Positions 19,501 to 28,142 of a DNA stretch of 64,000 nt are shown here, one piece after another. This DNA is from Candidatus Marinacidobacterium sp. (GTDB lineage Bacteria; Acidobacteriota; Vicinamibacteria; Marinacidobacterales; Marinacidobacteraceae), in contig CBDCRI010000001.1 of the NCBI GenBank assembly GCA_965220965.1, positions 192,001 through 256,000 on the forward strand. The letters run 5' to 3'. Both the position numbers and the translations under genes were made by a program. The notes below the pieces were generated by a model that saw only the letters and a program-made list of their open reading frames with translations, was not told the origin of the DNA and made no database searches. How positions within the stretch are numbered: the stretch's first letter is position 1; the number at the start of each line of letters is the position of its first letter.

Positions 19501-20457
19501 CGCCGTCTCCAGCACGCGGGCGCTGATCGCGTCGGCGCCGCCCACCGGCTCCAAGGCCGGCTTCGCGGGCGGCTCGCAGGACTGGCTCCAGGCGACTTCG
19601 TCGCCCGCCCACTCGTAGTCCCCGTCGGCGAGCGCCACCTCGATGGCGCCGCTCCACCGCGCCGCCTCCGGGGACACCGGGCAGTCCCAGACCACCGTGA
19701 ACAGGGAGCTTCCGCCGAGGGGCTGCTCCTGCTCGCCCCAGGCCAGCGGCGCGCACTCCCCGTCCGGGCCCGCCGCCCCCTGGCAGGCCTCCCAGACGGG
19801 GCGCGACCAGAGCTGGGGCGCGGGCTCGGCGGCGGGGTCGGAGGAGTGGTCGATGAGCCAGCGCACGGCGTCCGGCTGGCCGGCGTCGCCCTCGAACTCG
19901 GTGACCCGGTTGCCGACGGTGAAGTGGCCGTGCGCGGAGCGCGGGGCGTCCCCCGCGCCCACCGCCAGGTCGCGGTAGGACTCCGGCGACACCGAGGCCG
20001 GGAACGCCTCGCAGGAGAAGCTGAAGCGCAGCGTCTCGTCGTCGAACTGGTCGCGCACGCGCAGCTGCGCCTGAACCTCCCCGGGCGCCTGGCACAGCGC
20101 CCGCCACTCCACCGTGGCGGCCCCCCAGCCCGCGATCGCCAGCGAGCCGTCGCCGGCGGCGAGGGCGACGCCGCCGCCGCTCAGGCTGACCGTGAAGGTG
20201 CGGTCGTCCGGCGAGTCGTTCTCCACCTCGATCCGGCCGGTGGCGACCTCCATGACGGCGGCGTCCCGCGAGCCGAGGGAGGCCAGCCCGAGGCTTGCCG
20301 AGCCGCCGGTCGGGCCGGGCCCGCCGCCGCCGGAGGAGCCCCCGCCGCCGCCGCAGGCCGCGGCCGCCGCGCAGGCCGCGGCGAGGGCCGCCGTCCGGGC
20401 CGTCCGCGCCATGCGCGCGCGCCGCCCTCCTGTCAGGTGTCTGCGGGCTCGGCTCAT
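16570..20457 (-). CDS. large surface lipoprotein with repeated Cys-ended Ig-like modules and a degenerate peptidase-like C-terminus
   Basis: GAGGAG RBS; signal peptide with lipobox AAAC then GGGGG; about 100-aa beta-rich modules ending xxC; YAAAHLLH region. Confidence 0.75.
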   Translation of the reverse strand: MSRARRHLTGGRRARMARTARTAALAAACAAAAACGGGGGSSGGGGPGPTGGSASLGLASLGSRDAAVMEVATGRIEVENDSPDDRTFTVSLSGGGVALAAGDGSLAIAGWGAATVEWRALCQAPGEVQAQLRVRDQFDDETLRFSFSCEAFPASVSPESYRDLAVGAGDAPRSAHGHFTVGNRVTEFEGDAGQPDAVRWLIDHSSDPAAEPAPQLWSRPVWEACQGAAGPDGECAPLAWGEQEQPLGGSSLFTVVWDCPVSPEAARWSGAIEVALADGDYEWAGDEVAWSQSCEPPAKPALEPVGGADAISARVLETASAAVRIVNASPIERTFAVSFEGADSPVETVRVTVPANATSAPQAYAVECREETGADAPRAVAAAAADGYGGATLSVPVTCAGAPLHALPERVTRRVGGEAANAIIPLWVENRARGEGARAPLLTLAAEFAGLEATLHRAEDWEGCEGDAGLCRPVGEVALPPGAMSAFILVAQCPAGGASSHTGTVALRAESPASGAEVWTRDVDVAVNCLAAVEPVQEGLTAVGRALEYAEGVVQLSNGREDADVSFDLSLPGGGVLSQTYPGGRLPQGDATLRGVEVAPLGSEHVHLHVPCTAQGARDVTLRVTPSGGPTVERTVAVTCGPPPLDATVAAFAYDYLHSLRNSGYSDVKLESSLNPNRAAVADVRWRLSEPSEGRMSFFEAGSWLSCLAERRRADREARKYAADLAEYFAELEAWRALPPQDRGDEPQRPEEPEPFEPAQCAVLADRTRTAGLEEQVRLVAEWDCTGKAVQRGTLSVGVGNGGFELDPRAFAVELACGLDQAVLPFVAQLGWHQGRTVRRVDYGDPSDPSDDRTLLGRTEPGYVAPHGARRTHLSLAAEGPDALAPIVSHRAAGAAGPRERLLPLAERTAAAPSGALRTWQLFALPQGGEWSGELQVVLPEANAPSPVATVAWGAFEAGAEDLRRPVVIDWGGSAPAGHLAFLAHVGDRVPLPLRARDIEAPPAGGRRAGRGNAVEALGAFASRATDPKDWVLMASGSDLRATVGTGRTLNGSHARIALVPAVPSAQCDPGTPASCDDRQWEGYREAVETWAYAAAHLLHVAAPGPGEPARLVDGEWLDLLSRAPGLVAHLDGAGVRDVNERSPAEPNVPSAETWRDMVRNAGLAVRPGDAPTGAQRSVAVVVPVVEGDGGARRPDASAIEAFAADGLPAWPNPGASGGWQLAFGREAGACGAAEAPAPARAEVTLDLTAFLGASEGTPRLGLAWRVDGPVHRVYARAPGAAEWACRAFDPAVGP

Positions 20458-20708
20458 GCGATCTCCTCGGTGGGCCGCGCCGGCCGGCGCGGGAGCCACA
20501 AAAGATATGTCGGCCTTCGCGAAATGGCAAGGGCCGCGCCCCTGGTGGGCCGGCGCCGGGAATCCCGGCCTTTCCGCCGGCGCCTGAGCCTAGGGGCCGC
20601 CCCTTTGGCCGCCCCCTGCCATGCGGCGCGGGGCCGCGCTTGGCCGCGGCCGGGCGGGGGGGGGGCGGCGCCGTCAGGGGCGCCGCGTCGCCCCGCGGCG
20701 GGCGCCGG

Positions 20709-23417
20709 TCAGCCGCACTTGCTGTAGCCGCAGCCGCCGCAGACCTGGCAGCCCTCCTCGCGGCGCAGCTCGCCGCCGCATGCCGGGCACGCGCCGGGCA
20801 CCGGCGCCGCGGCGGGCCGGGCGGAGATCGGCTTGCCGAGCAGGTCCTCGGCGGCCCGCTCCAGGGCGTAGCCGACCTCGGAGATGATGGAGGGCACGTA
20901 GCGGTGCCCGCCGTCCACGGAGCGCCCCAGCGCCCCGCCGTCGGCGTCGCGCACCGACTTGAGGTCGCTGATCAGGTCGGCGATCTCGGCCAGGCCGTCG
21001 ATGCGCCGCAGCAGCGCCGACAGCGTCAGCGAGAACGAGGCCTGCCAGGCCGCGTGCTGGGTGTCCTTCGAGTTGATGAACACCTCGTGCAGGCGGTCGC
21101 CGAGCTTGCTCACGTGGACGTAGATCGGCATCGCGTCGGGCACGTTGACGTGCAGCCTGTAGGTCATCGACGGCAGCGCCAGCGGGCGGGTCTTCGCGGA
21201 CTGGGTGGCGCCCCGGCGGATCTCGTCGATCAGCTCGGGCAGCTCCGGCTCCGAGCGGGGCCGCGCCTCGACGGCCGCGGCGGCGTCGGCCTCCGCCGCC
21301 AGCTCCGGCGGCAGCGCGGGGGCGTCCGCGGCGGCCGGCGCCTGCGCGGGGCCCGCCACCGCCCACTCCACCAGCTCGCCCTCGATGCGCCCGGCGCCGT
21401 CCGGCCACGCGGCGCCCTCCGGCGCGGGCCGGGGGGCGTACTGGCCTTGGTTGAGCGCCTCGTGCAGCAGCGCCGCCCGCGTCGGCTCGCGCCGGTCGTG
21501 GGAGACCGACTCGCCGCCGCCGAACTCGCGCCAGGCGCCGTCGGCGGTGCGGAACCGGTAGCGGCGCCGCGCCATCTCGCCCTCGCGGGTGAGCACGCCG
21601 GCCCGCTGCGGGGTCGGCCGGTAGGTCGCGCAGCCCTTCAGGCCCTGCTCGTAGGCCAGCCGGTAGACGTCCTTGAACGCCTGGAACGGCATGTCCTCGG
21701 GCACGTTCACGGTCTTGGATATGCTGCTGTCGACAAAGCGCTGCACCGCCGCCTGCATCGCCACGTGCTCGGCCGGGGAGACGTCGTCGGCCGCCGTCCA
21801 GGCCGGCCCGCGCGGGAGCCCGTGGCGCTCCGCGTAGGCCTCCTCCAGCGAGCGCACGAGCACGGTGCGCTTGGCCTCCCCGGCGGCCACCAGGATGTTG
21901 CGCTCGGTCCGGTGCGCGAAGGTCGGCTCGATGCCGTTGGAGCAGTTGCCGGACACGAACGCCGTCGTGCCGGTCGGCGCCACCGTGGTCGCGTGCGACC
22001 AGCGCAGCCCGTGCTCGGCCGCGGCCGCCCGCCAGTCCCCGTCGAGCACGCCCTCGTCCACCAGGCGGCTGACGTAGGGCGAGGCGAGGTGCGCCTCGAG
22101 CACCGCCGGGTCCTCGAACACGGGCGCCCGGCCCTTCTCCCGGGCCAGCGCCACCGCCTCGCGCCAGGACTGCTCCGCCAGGACCGCCCCGACCCGCCTG
22201 GCGAAGGCCTGCGCGGGGTCCGACCCGTAGCGCAGGCCGAGCAGGTTGAGGGCGCTGCCGAGGCCCATGATGCCCATGCCGTGGCGGCGCTTGGCGCGCA
22301 GCTCCGCGTCCTGCTCGGGCAGCGGCAGCCGGGCGTCCTCCACCACGTTGTCGAGCATGCGCGAGAACGTCCGCGCCGCCCGGGCGAAGCCCTCCCAGTC
22401 GAACGCGGCGCCCTCCGTCAGGCCGTCCGTCACGTGGTCGGTGAGCCGGATGGCCCCCAGCAGGCAGGCGCCGTGCGGCGGCAGCGGCTGCTCCCCGCAC
22501 GGGTTGGTCGCCCAGATCTCCTCGACCGAGCGCAGCGGGTTCATGGCGTTGATGCGGTCGATGAACAGCACGCCGGGCTCGGCGCTGTCGTAGGTCAGGC
22601 GCATGATCCGGTCCCACAGGTCGCGCGCCGGCAGGCGCTTGTGGATGCGGCACAGGTAGCGCCCCTCGGCGTCGCGCTCGTACTCCGCGTCGGGCCCCGG
22701 CCGCTGCCAGCGCGCCCAAGCCGACTCGCCCTCGGGCGGGCGCGGCTCGCCGGCCCGGACCGGGTACATGAGGCGGTGCTCGCCGTCGGCGGCGACCGCC
22801 GCCATGAACTCGTCGCCCACCAGCACCGAGAGGTTGAAGTTGGTCAGCCGCCCGGCCCTGGCCTTGGCCTCGATGTAGTCCTCCACGTCCGGGTGGCGCA
22901 CGTCAAGCGTGCCCATCTGGGCGCCGCGGCGTCCGCCCGCCGAGCTGACGGTGGCGCAGGCGGCGTCGAAGGTGTCCATGAACGGCAGGACGCCGCCGGT
23001 GGCGGCGCCGACGCCGGCGACCAGGGCGCCGCGGGGGCGCAGGGTCGAGAAGCAGTAGCCGATGCCGCAGCCCTTGGCGAGCGTCTCCATGGCCTCGCCG
23101 ACCGCCCGCGCGATGCCCGCCATCGAGTCCTCCACCGTGCGCGACACCGTGCAGTTGATGGCCGAGGCGTTGCGCCCGTCGCGGCCCATGTTGGCCAGGA
23201 TGCGCCCGCCGGGCCGGGCGCCGCCCTCGAGCAGCGCCCACAGGAACTCGCGCTCCCTCGCCCGGCGGGCCTTGGCCGGGCCGCCGTCCAGCTTGGCCAG
23301 CGCCTTGGCGACGCGCTCCGCCACGTCCTCCCAGCACGCCTCCCCGGGCGCGCCGTACTTGTCCAGCAGGGTGTCGAGCATCGGGTCCGCAAGCGGTGCG
23401 GCGGCGGCGTTGAGCAT
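20709..23417 (-). CDS. nrdJ: class II (B12-dependent) ribonucleotide reductase with C-terminal Zn ribbon
   Basis: PGGRILAN, NCTV, GRRGAQM, EPGVLFID, ATNPCGEQPL, CLLG, APTGT, GIEP, SISKTVN, CPACG...CQVCGGCGYSKC. No nrdB nearby. Confidence 0.92.
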   Translation of the reverse strand: MLNAAAAPLADPMLDTLLDKYGAPGEACWEDVAERVAKALAKLDGGPAKARRAREREFLWALLEGGARPGGRILANMGRDGRNASAINCTVSRTVEDSMAGIARAVGEAMETLAKGCGIGYCFSTLRPRGALVAGVGAATGGVLPFMDTFDAACATVSSAGGRRGAQMGTLDVRHPDVEDYIEAKARAGRLTNFNLSVLVGDEFMAAVAADGEHRLMYPVRAGEPRPPEGESAWARWQRPGPDAEYERDAEGRYLCRIHKRLPARDLWDRIMRLTYDSAEPGVLFIDRINAMNPLRSVEEIWATNPCGEQPLPPHGACLLGAIRLTDHVTDGLTEGAAFDWEGFARAARTFSRMLDNVVEDARLPLPEQDAELRAKRRHGMGIMGLGSALNLLGLRYGSDPAQAFARRVGAVLAEQSWREAVALAREKGRAPVFEDPAVLEAHLASPYVSRLVDEGVLDGDWRAAAAEHGLRWSHATTVAPTGTTAFVSGNCSNGIEPTFAHRTERNILVAAGEAKRTVLVRSLEEAYAERHGLPRGPAWTAADDVSPAEHVAMQAAVQRFVDSSISKTVNVPEDMPFQAFKDVYRLAYEQGLKGCATYRPTPQRAGVLTREGEMARRRYRFRTADGAWREFGGGESVSHDRREPTRAALLHEALNQGQYAPRPAPEGAAWPDGAGRIEGELVEWAVAGPAQAPAAADAPALPPELAAEADAAAAVEARPRSEPELPELIDEIRRGATQSAKTRPLALPSMTYRLHVNVPDAMPIYVHVSKLGDRLHEVFINSKDTQHAAWQASFSLTLSALLRRIDGLAEIADLISDLKSVRDADGGALGRSVDGGHRYVPSIISEVGYALERAAEDLLGKPISARPAAAPVPGACPACGGELRREEGCQVCGGCGYSKCG

Positions 23418-23581
23418 GGTCCCTCCTCGTTGGCACAGGTCCGGCGCAGCGGGCGCCATGCAGGCATTGTAGCGACGGCGCGGGGTTTCGCGCCCCGGCC
23501 CGCGCGTTCGCGCCGCCTCAACAGCCGCATCGCGCCCCGCCTTCCTCGCGCCTGCCCCCGGCGATATACTCCCCATCCACG

Positions 23582-24172
23582 ATGCCCACCACGCTCCTCC
23601 AGCCCCCGGAGGCGGCGCCCCTGGCCCTCAAGGCCCTCGGCGCCGCGCCGCCGGGGTTCGGCCCGCTCCCCGCCGAGCCGGTTCGCCGCAGCCCATGGGG
23701 GACGCCCGGCCAGCGGTTCGCGGTGCTGCGCCGCCAAGGCGGCGGGCTCGACGCCGCCATGCCGCGCTGGGGCCTGCTGCCCGCCTGGATGCCGCACGCC
23801 AGCGCCCGCCGGAAGCCCACCTGCGCGCGGGCGGGCAGCCTGCTCAGCCGCAAGGCCTTCCGGGAGGCGTTCCGGCGCCGGCGCTGCCTGGTCCCGGCCA
23901 CGGGCTGGGCGGCCGGCGGCCAAGGGCGGCGCGCGGCCGTGCCGGACGGGGTCGCCCTGCTGGCCGGCGTCTGGGAGCGCTGGACGCCGCCCGATCCCGC
24001 CAAGCCGCCGATCGACACGTTCGCCCTGGTCCTCGCGCCGCGCGGCGCGGGGCTTCCCGCCGCCATCCCGCCGGCCCGCGCGCCGGAGTGGCTGGCCCCG
24101 GACGGGCCGCCGGACGGCCTCATCGCCCTGCTGCGCGACGCCCGGCCATGCGCCCGCGCGCTCGCCGCATGA
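23582..24172 (+). CDS. SRAP (YedK/HMCES)-like protein lacking the N-terminal catalytic Cys
   Basis: PRWGLLPAW, FREAFRRRRCLVPATGW, LAGVWERW; no MCGR start. Confidence 0.75.
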   Translation: MPTTLLQPPEAAPLALKALGAAPPGFGPLPAEPVRRSPWGTPGQRFAVLRRQGGGLDAAMPRWGLLPAWMPHASARRKPTCARAGSLLSRKAFREAFRRRRCLVPATGWAAGGQGRRAAVPDGVALLAGVWERWTPPDPAKPPIDTFALVLAPRGAGLPAAIPPARAPEWLAPDGPPDGLIALLRDARPCARALAA

Positions 24173-24450
24173 GCGACGACCACGAGGCCGAGCGGCGCAG
24201 CCAGCTGGCGTACGGGCGGGCGCTGGCCGGCCAGGGCGCTCCCAAGCCGCCCGGGGGGCGGAGACCCGGGGGAAAGCGGTCCGGGGGAAACCGGTCCGGA
24301 GGCAGGCGGCGGACGCGGTCGGTGGCGCTGCCGGACGCCCTCTGGCGGCGGATGGCCAAGGCGGCCGCGGCGGAGGGCAAGCGGGCGGAGGACTTCGCGC
24401 TGGCGGCGATCCAGGCGTCGCTGCGCGCTTCGGAGGCCCGCGATCCGTGA
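24169..24450 (+). CDS. small ribbon-helix-helix-like DNA-binding protein
   Basis: RTRSVALPDALWRRMAKAAAAEGK...DFALAAI; ATGA overlap with the previous gene. Confidence 0.6.
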   Translation: MSDDHEAERRSQLAYGRALAGQGAPKPPGGRRPGGKRSGGNRSGGRRRTRSVALPDALWRRMAKAAAAEGKRAEDFALAAIQASLRASEARDP

Positions 24451-24529
24451 CGGGCGGGGCCGAAGGCGGAGGGGGCCGGCGCCGATGGGGGGCTCCCGGC
24501 CCCCCAAGGGCAACGCCCCGGCCGTCGGG

Positions 24530-25159
24530 CTAGAGGCCGAACCTGAGCGTTGCCGCGGACGTGCCCGAGTGGACGCACTGAATGGTAATGGTCAGCCCGG
24601 CCGCGTTGCGGTTGGCCGCGGTCGAGAAGGCGCCGGAGGCGGCGTTCGCCGAGCCGGCGGCCTGGACGACGACCTGGTCGCTGCTCTCGCCGAGGTAGGC
24701 GGCCACGTTGTCGCAGGCGTCGCGTCCCTCATCACCGAAGCCATACTGGTACAGCCCGGCGGTGCCGCCGCCATTGGTGCTCGCGGTGACCGCCTGGTTG
24801 TACGCGTTCACCGCAGTGGTGTCGTTGGCGGTCCTCAGGATGTTGGGCGCACCGTGGGCGCGCAAATGCGTCTCGTCGAAGTCGTCGGACTTCTGGGTGC
24901 CGCCGAGGGTCTGCGTGCGCAGCGCTACCGCGGCAATGACCACCTGCGCGTTGTCCTGGCGCGCCTGCTGGATGTTGACGTCCTCGGTCAGCTGCAGGGC
25001 GCCGCCGATGGCCGCGGCGGCGAGTATCCCGGTGATTCCTATCCAGATGGCCAGCTGGGTCATGCTGTAGCCCTGCTGCCGCGACCTCCCGGCGGGGGGC
25101 AGGTCGTTTGCTCGGGGGCGCACGGCCGCAGCCGCCTTCTTGATGATGATGGGTTCCAC
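24530..25159 (-). CDS. type IV (IVb-like, long leader) prepilin
   Basis: Basic leader of about 30 aa ending QQG|YSMTQLAIWIGITGILAAAAIGG, two C-terminal Cys, AGGAG RBS. Confidence 0.8.
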   Translation of the reverse strand: MEPIIIKKAAAAVRPRANDLPPAGRSRQQGYSMTQLAIWIGITGILAAAAIGGALQLTEDVNIQQARQDNAQVVIAAVALRTQTLGGTQKSDDFDETHLRAHGAPNILRTANDTTAVNAYNQAVTASTNGGGTAGLYQYGFGDEGRDACDNVAAYLGESSDQVVVQAAGSANAASGAFSTAANRNAAGLTITIQCVHSGTSAATLRFGL

Positions 25160-25198
25160 GGGTGGTATCTCCTAAAAAATTGACAAACGGTCTTGAAC

Positions 25199-25226
25199 CA
25201 TATATCCTTGTTTTCGAATTAGTCAA
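25199..25226 (-). promoter_or_regulatory. pilin promoter with TTGACTAATTCGAAAA box
   Basis: TTGACT -35 and AT-rich -10; box nearly identical to 3194-3208. Confidence 0.6.
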
Positions 25227-25962
25227 CCCCCCGCCCGGGGAGCCGCGGACGGCTCCCGCACCCGCCAGCCCTGCCCGACGCCGCATCGCCCGCGCCCGCC
25301 CGAATCCGCGGTCGGCCGCGTCCCTTAGGAGCCATCCCCCTCCGCCCGTCCCAGCCCGCGGACAGCCATGCCATCGCCCGCCCGCGGGCGAAGACGCCCT
25401 GCGGACGCCCGGCGCCGAGCCGCGCGCGGGCCTTTGCGTCTATGATTGCCCGAGCGTTGAGCGCCGCTCGGCACCGGGCCCCTGAGGCGCCCCCGGAAGA
25501 GGCCCGCGTCGCAGGGGCCTGCACGCTCGGCCGTCCCGCCGCCCGGCCGCCGAACCGGACGGGACCGCCGACGTCCTGGCCGCCCCCTCGTTCACCGGGT
25601 TGGCGGCCATTTCGAGCTGGACCACCGACCCTGCAGCGCCACGGCGTGCCGCCACGATCCCGATCGGCGCCGCGCGCTCCAGCCGCCCCGCCCGTCCGCC
25701 TTTCCGAACCCGCCCGGACTGCGCTTGCGTCGAACCGCCTCGGGGCGCGTCCGACTGCAACCGCCCTTTCTAGAAAAATCACCCAACGCACTGATCCGAT
25801 TCCCTTTTCTTGAGGGCGGCCATCGCCGGCTCACATGCCTGAAGGCATGTTCCACAACGGCTTTCGGCCAGCGGAATCCGGCATCGCCCCCTCCGCCTCC
25901 TTCGGTGCGGGCGCCTGCGTCCTCCCCTTTCGGGAACGCACGCAGCAGCCCGCTCCAGCAAA

Positions 25963-26021
25963 TGCCAGTAGCACAATCAGCACGCTTGCCGCCGCCCCGC
26001 CTGCTGATTATGCTACTGGCA
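25963..26021. repeat. 20-bp inverted repeat overlapping a promoter
   Basis: TGCCAGTAGCACAATCAGCA (25963-25982) and TGCTGATTATGCTACTGGCA (26002-26021), one mismatch. TTGCCG-17-TATGCT lies inside. Confidence 0.8.
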
Positions 26022-26041
26022 AGGTTGCGCGGAGGGGGCGC

Positions 26042-26695
26042 GTGGGCAGGAAAATAAGCGGGCGGCGGCAAGGCGATGCGGGCGATGGCCCCCGCCGGCT
26101 CACCGTTCCGGCGCTGTACCGCGCCTTCCCGGACGAAAGCGCCTGCCGCCGATGGCTGGAGGGCGTTCGATGGGCCGGGCGGGCCGCCTGCCCGCGCTGC
26201 GGCGGCGAGGCCGCCGGCCGCAAGCCGCCGGCGTCCAAGCCCGGGCACCATTGGTGCGGGCGCTGCCGCAAGCACTTCACGGTCTCCAGCGGCACGTTCC
26301 TGCATGGGTCCAAGGTGCCGATGCAGGACTGGCTTTACGCCGTGCACGGGGCCTTGGCGGCCGACGGGGGCGTGTCCGCCCGGCAGCTTGCCGAGGACCT
26401 CGGGCGCCAGCCGAGGACCGCCCTGCGCATGCTGCGGCGCCTCGGCGCGGCCGCCGCTCAAGCCGCTTGGCCGACGGGCGCCGACGCCCGCCCCGCCCCG
26501 CTCCCGGGCGCCGGGCGGGCGCTGGCGGGAAGCCGGCCCGCGGGGACCACTTGGCCAGAATTCGAGGACTTCGTGCGGCGGGCCCTCGCCGTTCCGGCGG
26601 GCGGCCTGCCTAGGAGCGAGAACCGGGAGCCCACCGCGGCACAGATCGACCGGCGCTTCAGCTTCCGGGCGGGCCGCGGCGAAGGGGACGCTTGA
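26042..26695 (+). mobile_element. IS1595-family transposase derivative: Zn ribbon and HTH kept, DDE core missing
   Basis: FPDESACRRWLEGVRW..CPRCG..CGRCRKHFTV..GTFLHGSK, GVSARQLAEDLG..TALRML, terminal FSFR. Confidence 0.75.
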
Positions 26696-26964
26696 AGGCC
26701 GGCCAGCGCTCCCGCTCCCGGCCCCGGACGGCCGCCCCGCGCCAGCCCGGCGGCGGCCCGGCCGATGGCGGCATGCCGTGTTGGCGGCGTGCCGCCATGC
26801 CGTGGCGCACACAGGACGATAGCGCGGCTTTGCGGCGCCGCGGCGGAGAGGCACTGAGGCGCACGCCCTGCCTCGCGGCCGCCGGCCAGGCCAAGCCGTT
26901 GAGGCCCCAGAAAAAAGTCATGGTATAATACAAATGAAGTCAAGGCGGCAGGGAGCGGGCAGGA

Positions 26965-27969
26965 ATGGAAGAGAAGTCGAGGGCGGTATCGGATGGGTCT
27001 CTCTGGGATCATGCGCTTTTCTGGGGTTTGGTGATTTTGGTGGTGGGCGTTTTAGCAGCAATGGCTGCCCTGATTGCCGAGGACCTTGAGGAGTGGTCGG
27101 AAACAGCGCGCCTGCTGGAGCGCAGGGAGGCGTTTCCCTACGCCGTGGCTCCCCCTCCGTTGGCCATCGTCGCCATCCCCGTGCAAGTCCCGGGCGCCCT
27201 TGGAGAGGCGCCTCCGCCTGGCGGCGAGCTCCCCTCCTTGGCGGACGTCAAGTCGAGTGCGGAAAAGGCGTGGCCGCTGCCGGAGGTGACGGTGCGCCGG
27301 CACGGCGCCACGCTGTCGCTCACCGAAATCGACCCGGGGCAAGGGCTCTCGGCTTGGGACGCCGCGCTTGGAGAGCTCGCGGTCTTGCGCACCTCGGAGA
27401 GCACGGGGACGCCCACCGAGCTGTGGGTCGGCTACGTTGACTGGCCGGAAGGATCCGCGGCCGCCGCTGCGGGCTGCAGCCGGAGCTATGCCGGGACGCC
27501 GTTTGGAAAGAAGCTTTTCAACGACTCCCTTGAGGGCGTGTGGTCCCCGTACAGCGTCGTCCTGGTCAGCGCCGCGCCGGGTTGCGCGTCCTTTCTGGCC
27601 GCAGAGGTGCGCAGGATTTACGACCTGCCCGCCGAAGCGGAGGGCAAGGCCTTGCTTCTGGGGGGACTGCAGGGGGCAGGCGGGGCGTTCAGGCTGACGC
27701 ACAGCCGCCTTGTCGACAGGGATCCAACGCGGGTCCCGTGTTCTTCGCAGCACCCTGGAGACCACAAGCTCATCGTCGACGTCCCGAGCCAAGGCCTCAG
27801 GGCGGAGCGGCCCTTGGCCATCGTGCGGAAGGCCGCTGGCCACGATGCCGGCCTCGGCGGCTTCTGGCTTGACCTCGTTCCGATGACGGCGCAGGCCCAC
27901 CCCACGCAGGTCAGGATCGTCGATGCGGCGGGCAGAACCGTCCTGCAGGAGTGGCTGTTCCGGGAATGA
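26965..27969 (+). CDS. membrane-anchored, catalytically dead paralog of the peptidase at 32309
   Basis: N-terminal TM helix. Shares ELWVGYVDWPEGS, SPY, LTxxRLxD, VPxQGLRxERPL and LxEWLF with 32309; HExxH replaced by AEVRR. Confidence 0.75.
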   Translation: MEEKSRAVSDGSLWDHALFWGLVILVVGVLAAMAALIAEDLEEWSETARLLERREAFPYAVAPPPLAIVAIPVQVPGALGEAPPPGGELPSLADVKSSAEKAWPLPEVTVRRHGATLSLTEIDPGQGLSAWDAALGELAVLRTSESTGTPTELWVGYVDWPEGSAAAAAGCSRSYAGTPFGKKLFNDSLEGVWSPYSVVLVSAAPGCASFLAAEVRRIYDLPAEAEGKALLLGGLQGAGGAFRLTHSRLVDRDPTRVPCSSQHPGDHKLIVDVPSQGLRAERPLAIVRKAAGHDAGLGGFWLDLVPMTAQAHPTQVRIVDAAGRTVLQEWLFRE

Positions 27970-28142
27970 CACCCCCTTGGCCGGCGGAGCGGCCGAGGTA
28001 GCCTCCCCACCGCAGGGCGGGGCGCCCGGCCCGCACGCCGTCCGAATCCTTCCGGCGCGGGCCCCGCGCCTCCCTTCCCGGACCCGGGCGCCGGCAGGCC
28101 GTGGCGACGCATTGCCGGCGTGACGCGGCCCCGGCTGCGGGG

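Noticed and set aside
21900-23417. Intein or intron in nrdJ
   Set aside because: Catalytic motifs are contiguous, with no intein splice motifs or homing endonuclease.
20295-24533. 1412-aa plus-strand ORF and many similar long Arg/Pro/Gly/Ala-rich ORFs (e.g. 54512-57568, 53711-56407, 16432-18870)
   Set aside because: These are shadow frames caused by high GC; they overlap well-supported genes and lack motifs.
26700-26945. Possible ncRNA left of the AAGTCA repeats
   Set aside because: GC-rich hairpins are expected by chance here and no correctly spaced minus-strand promoter was found.
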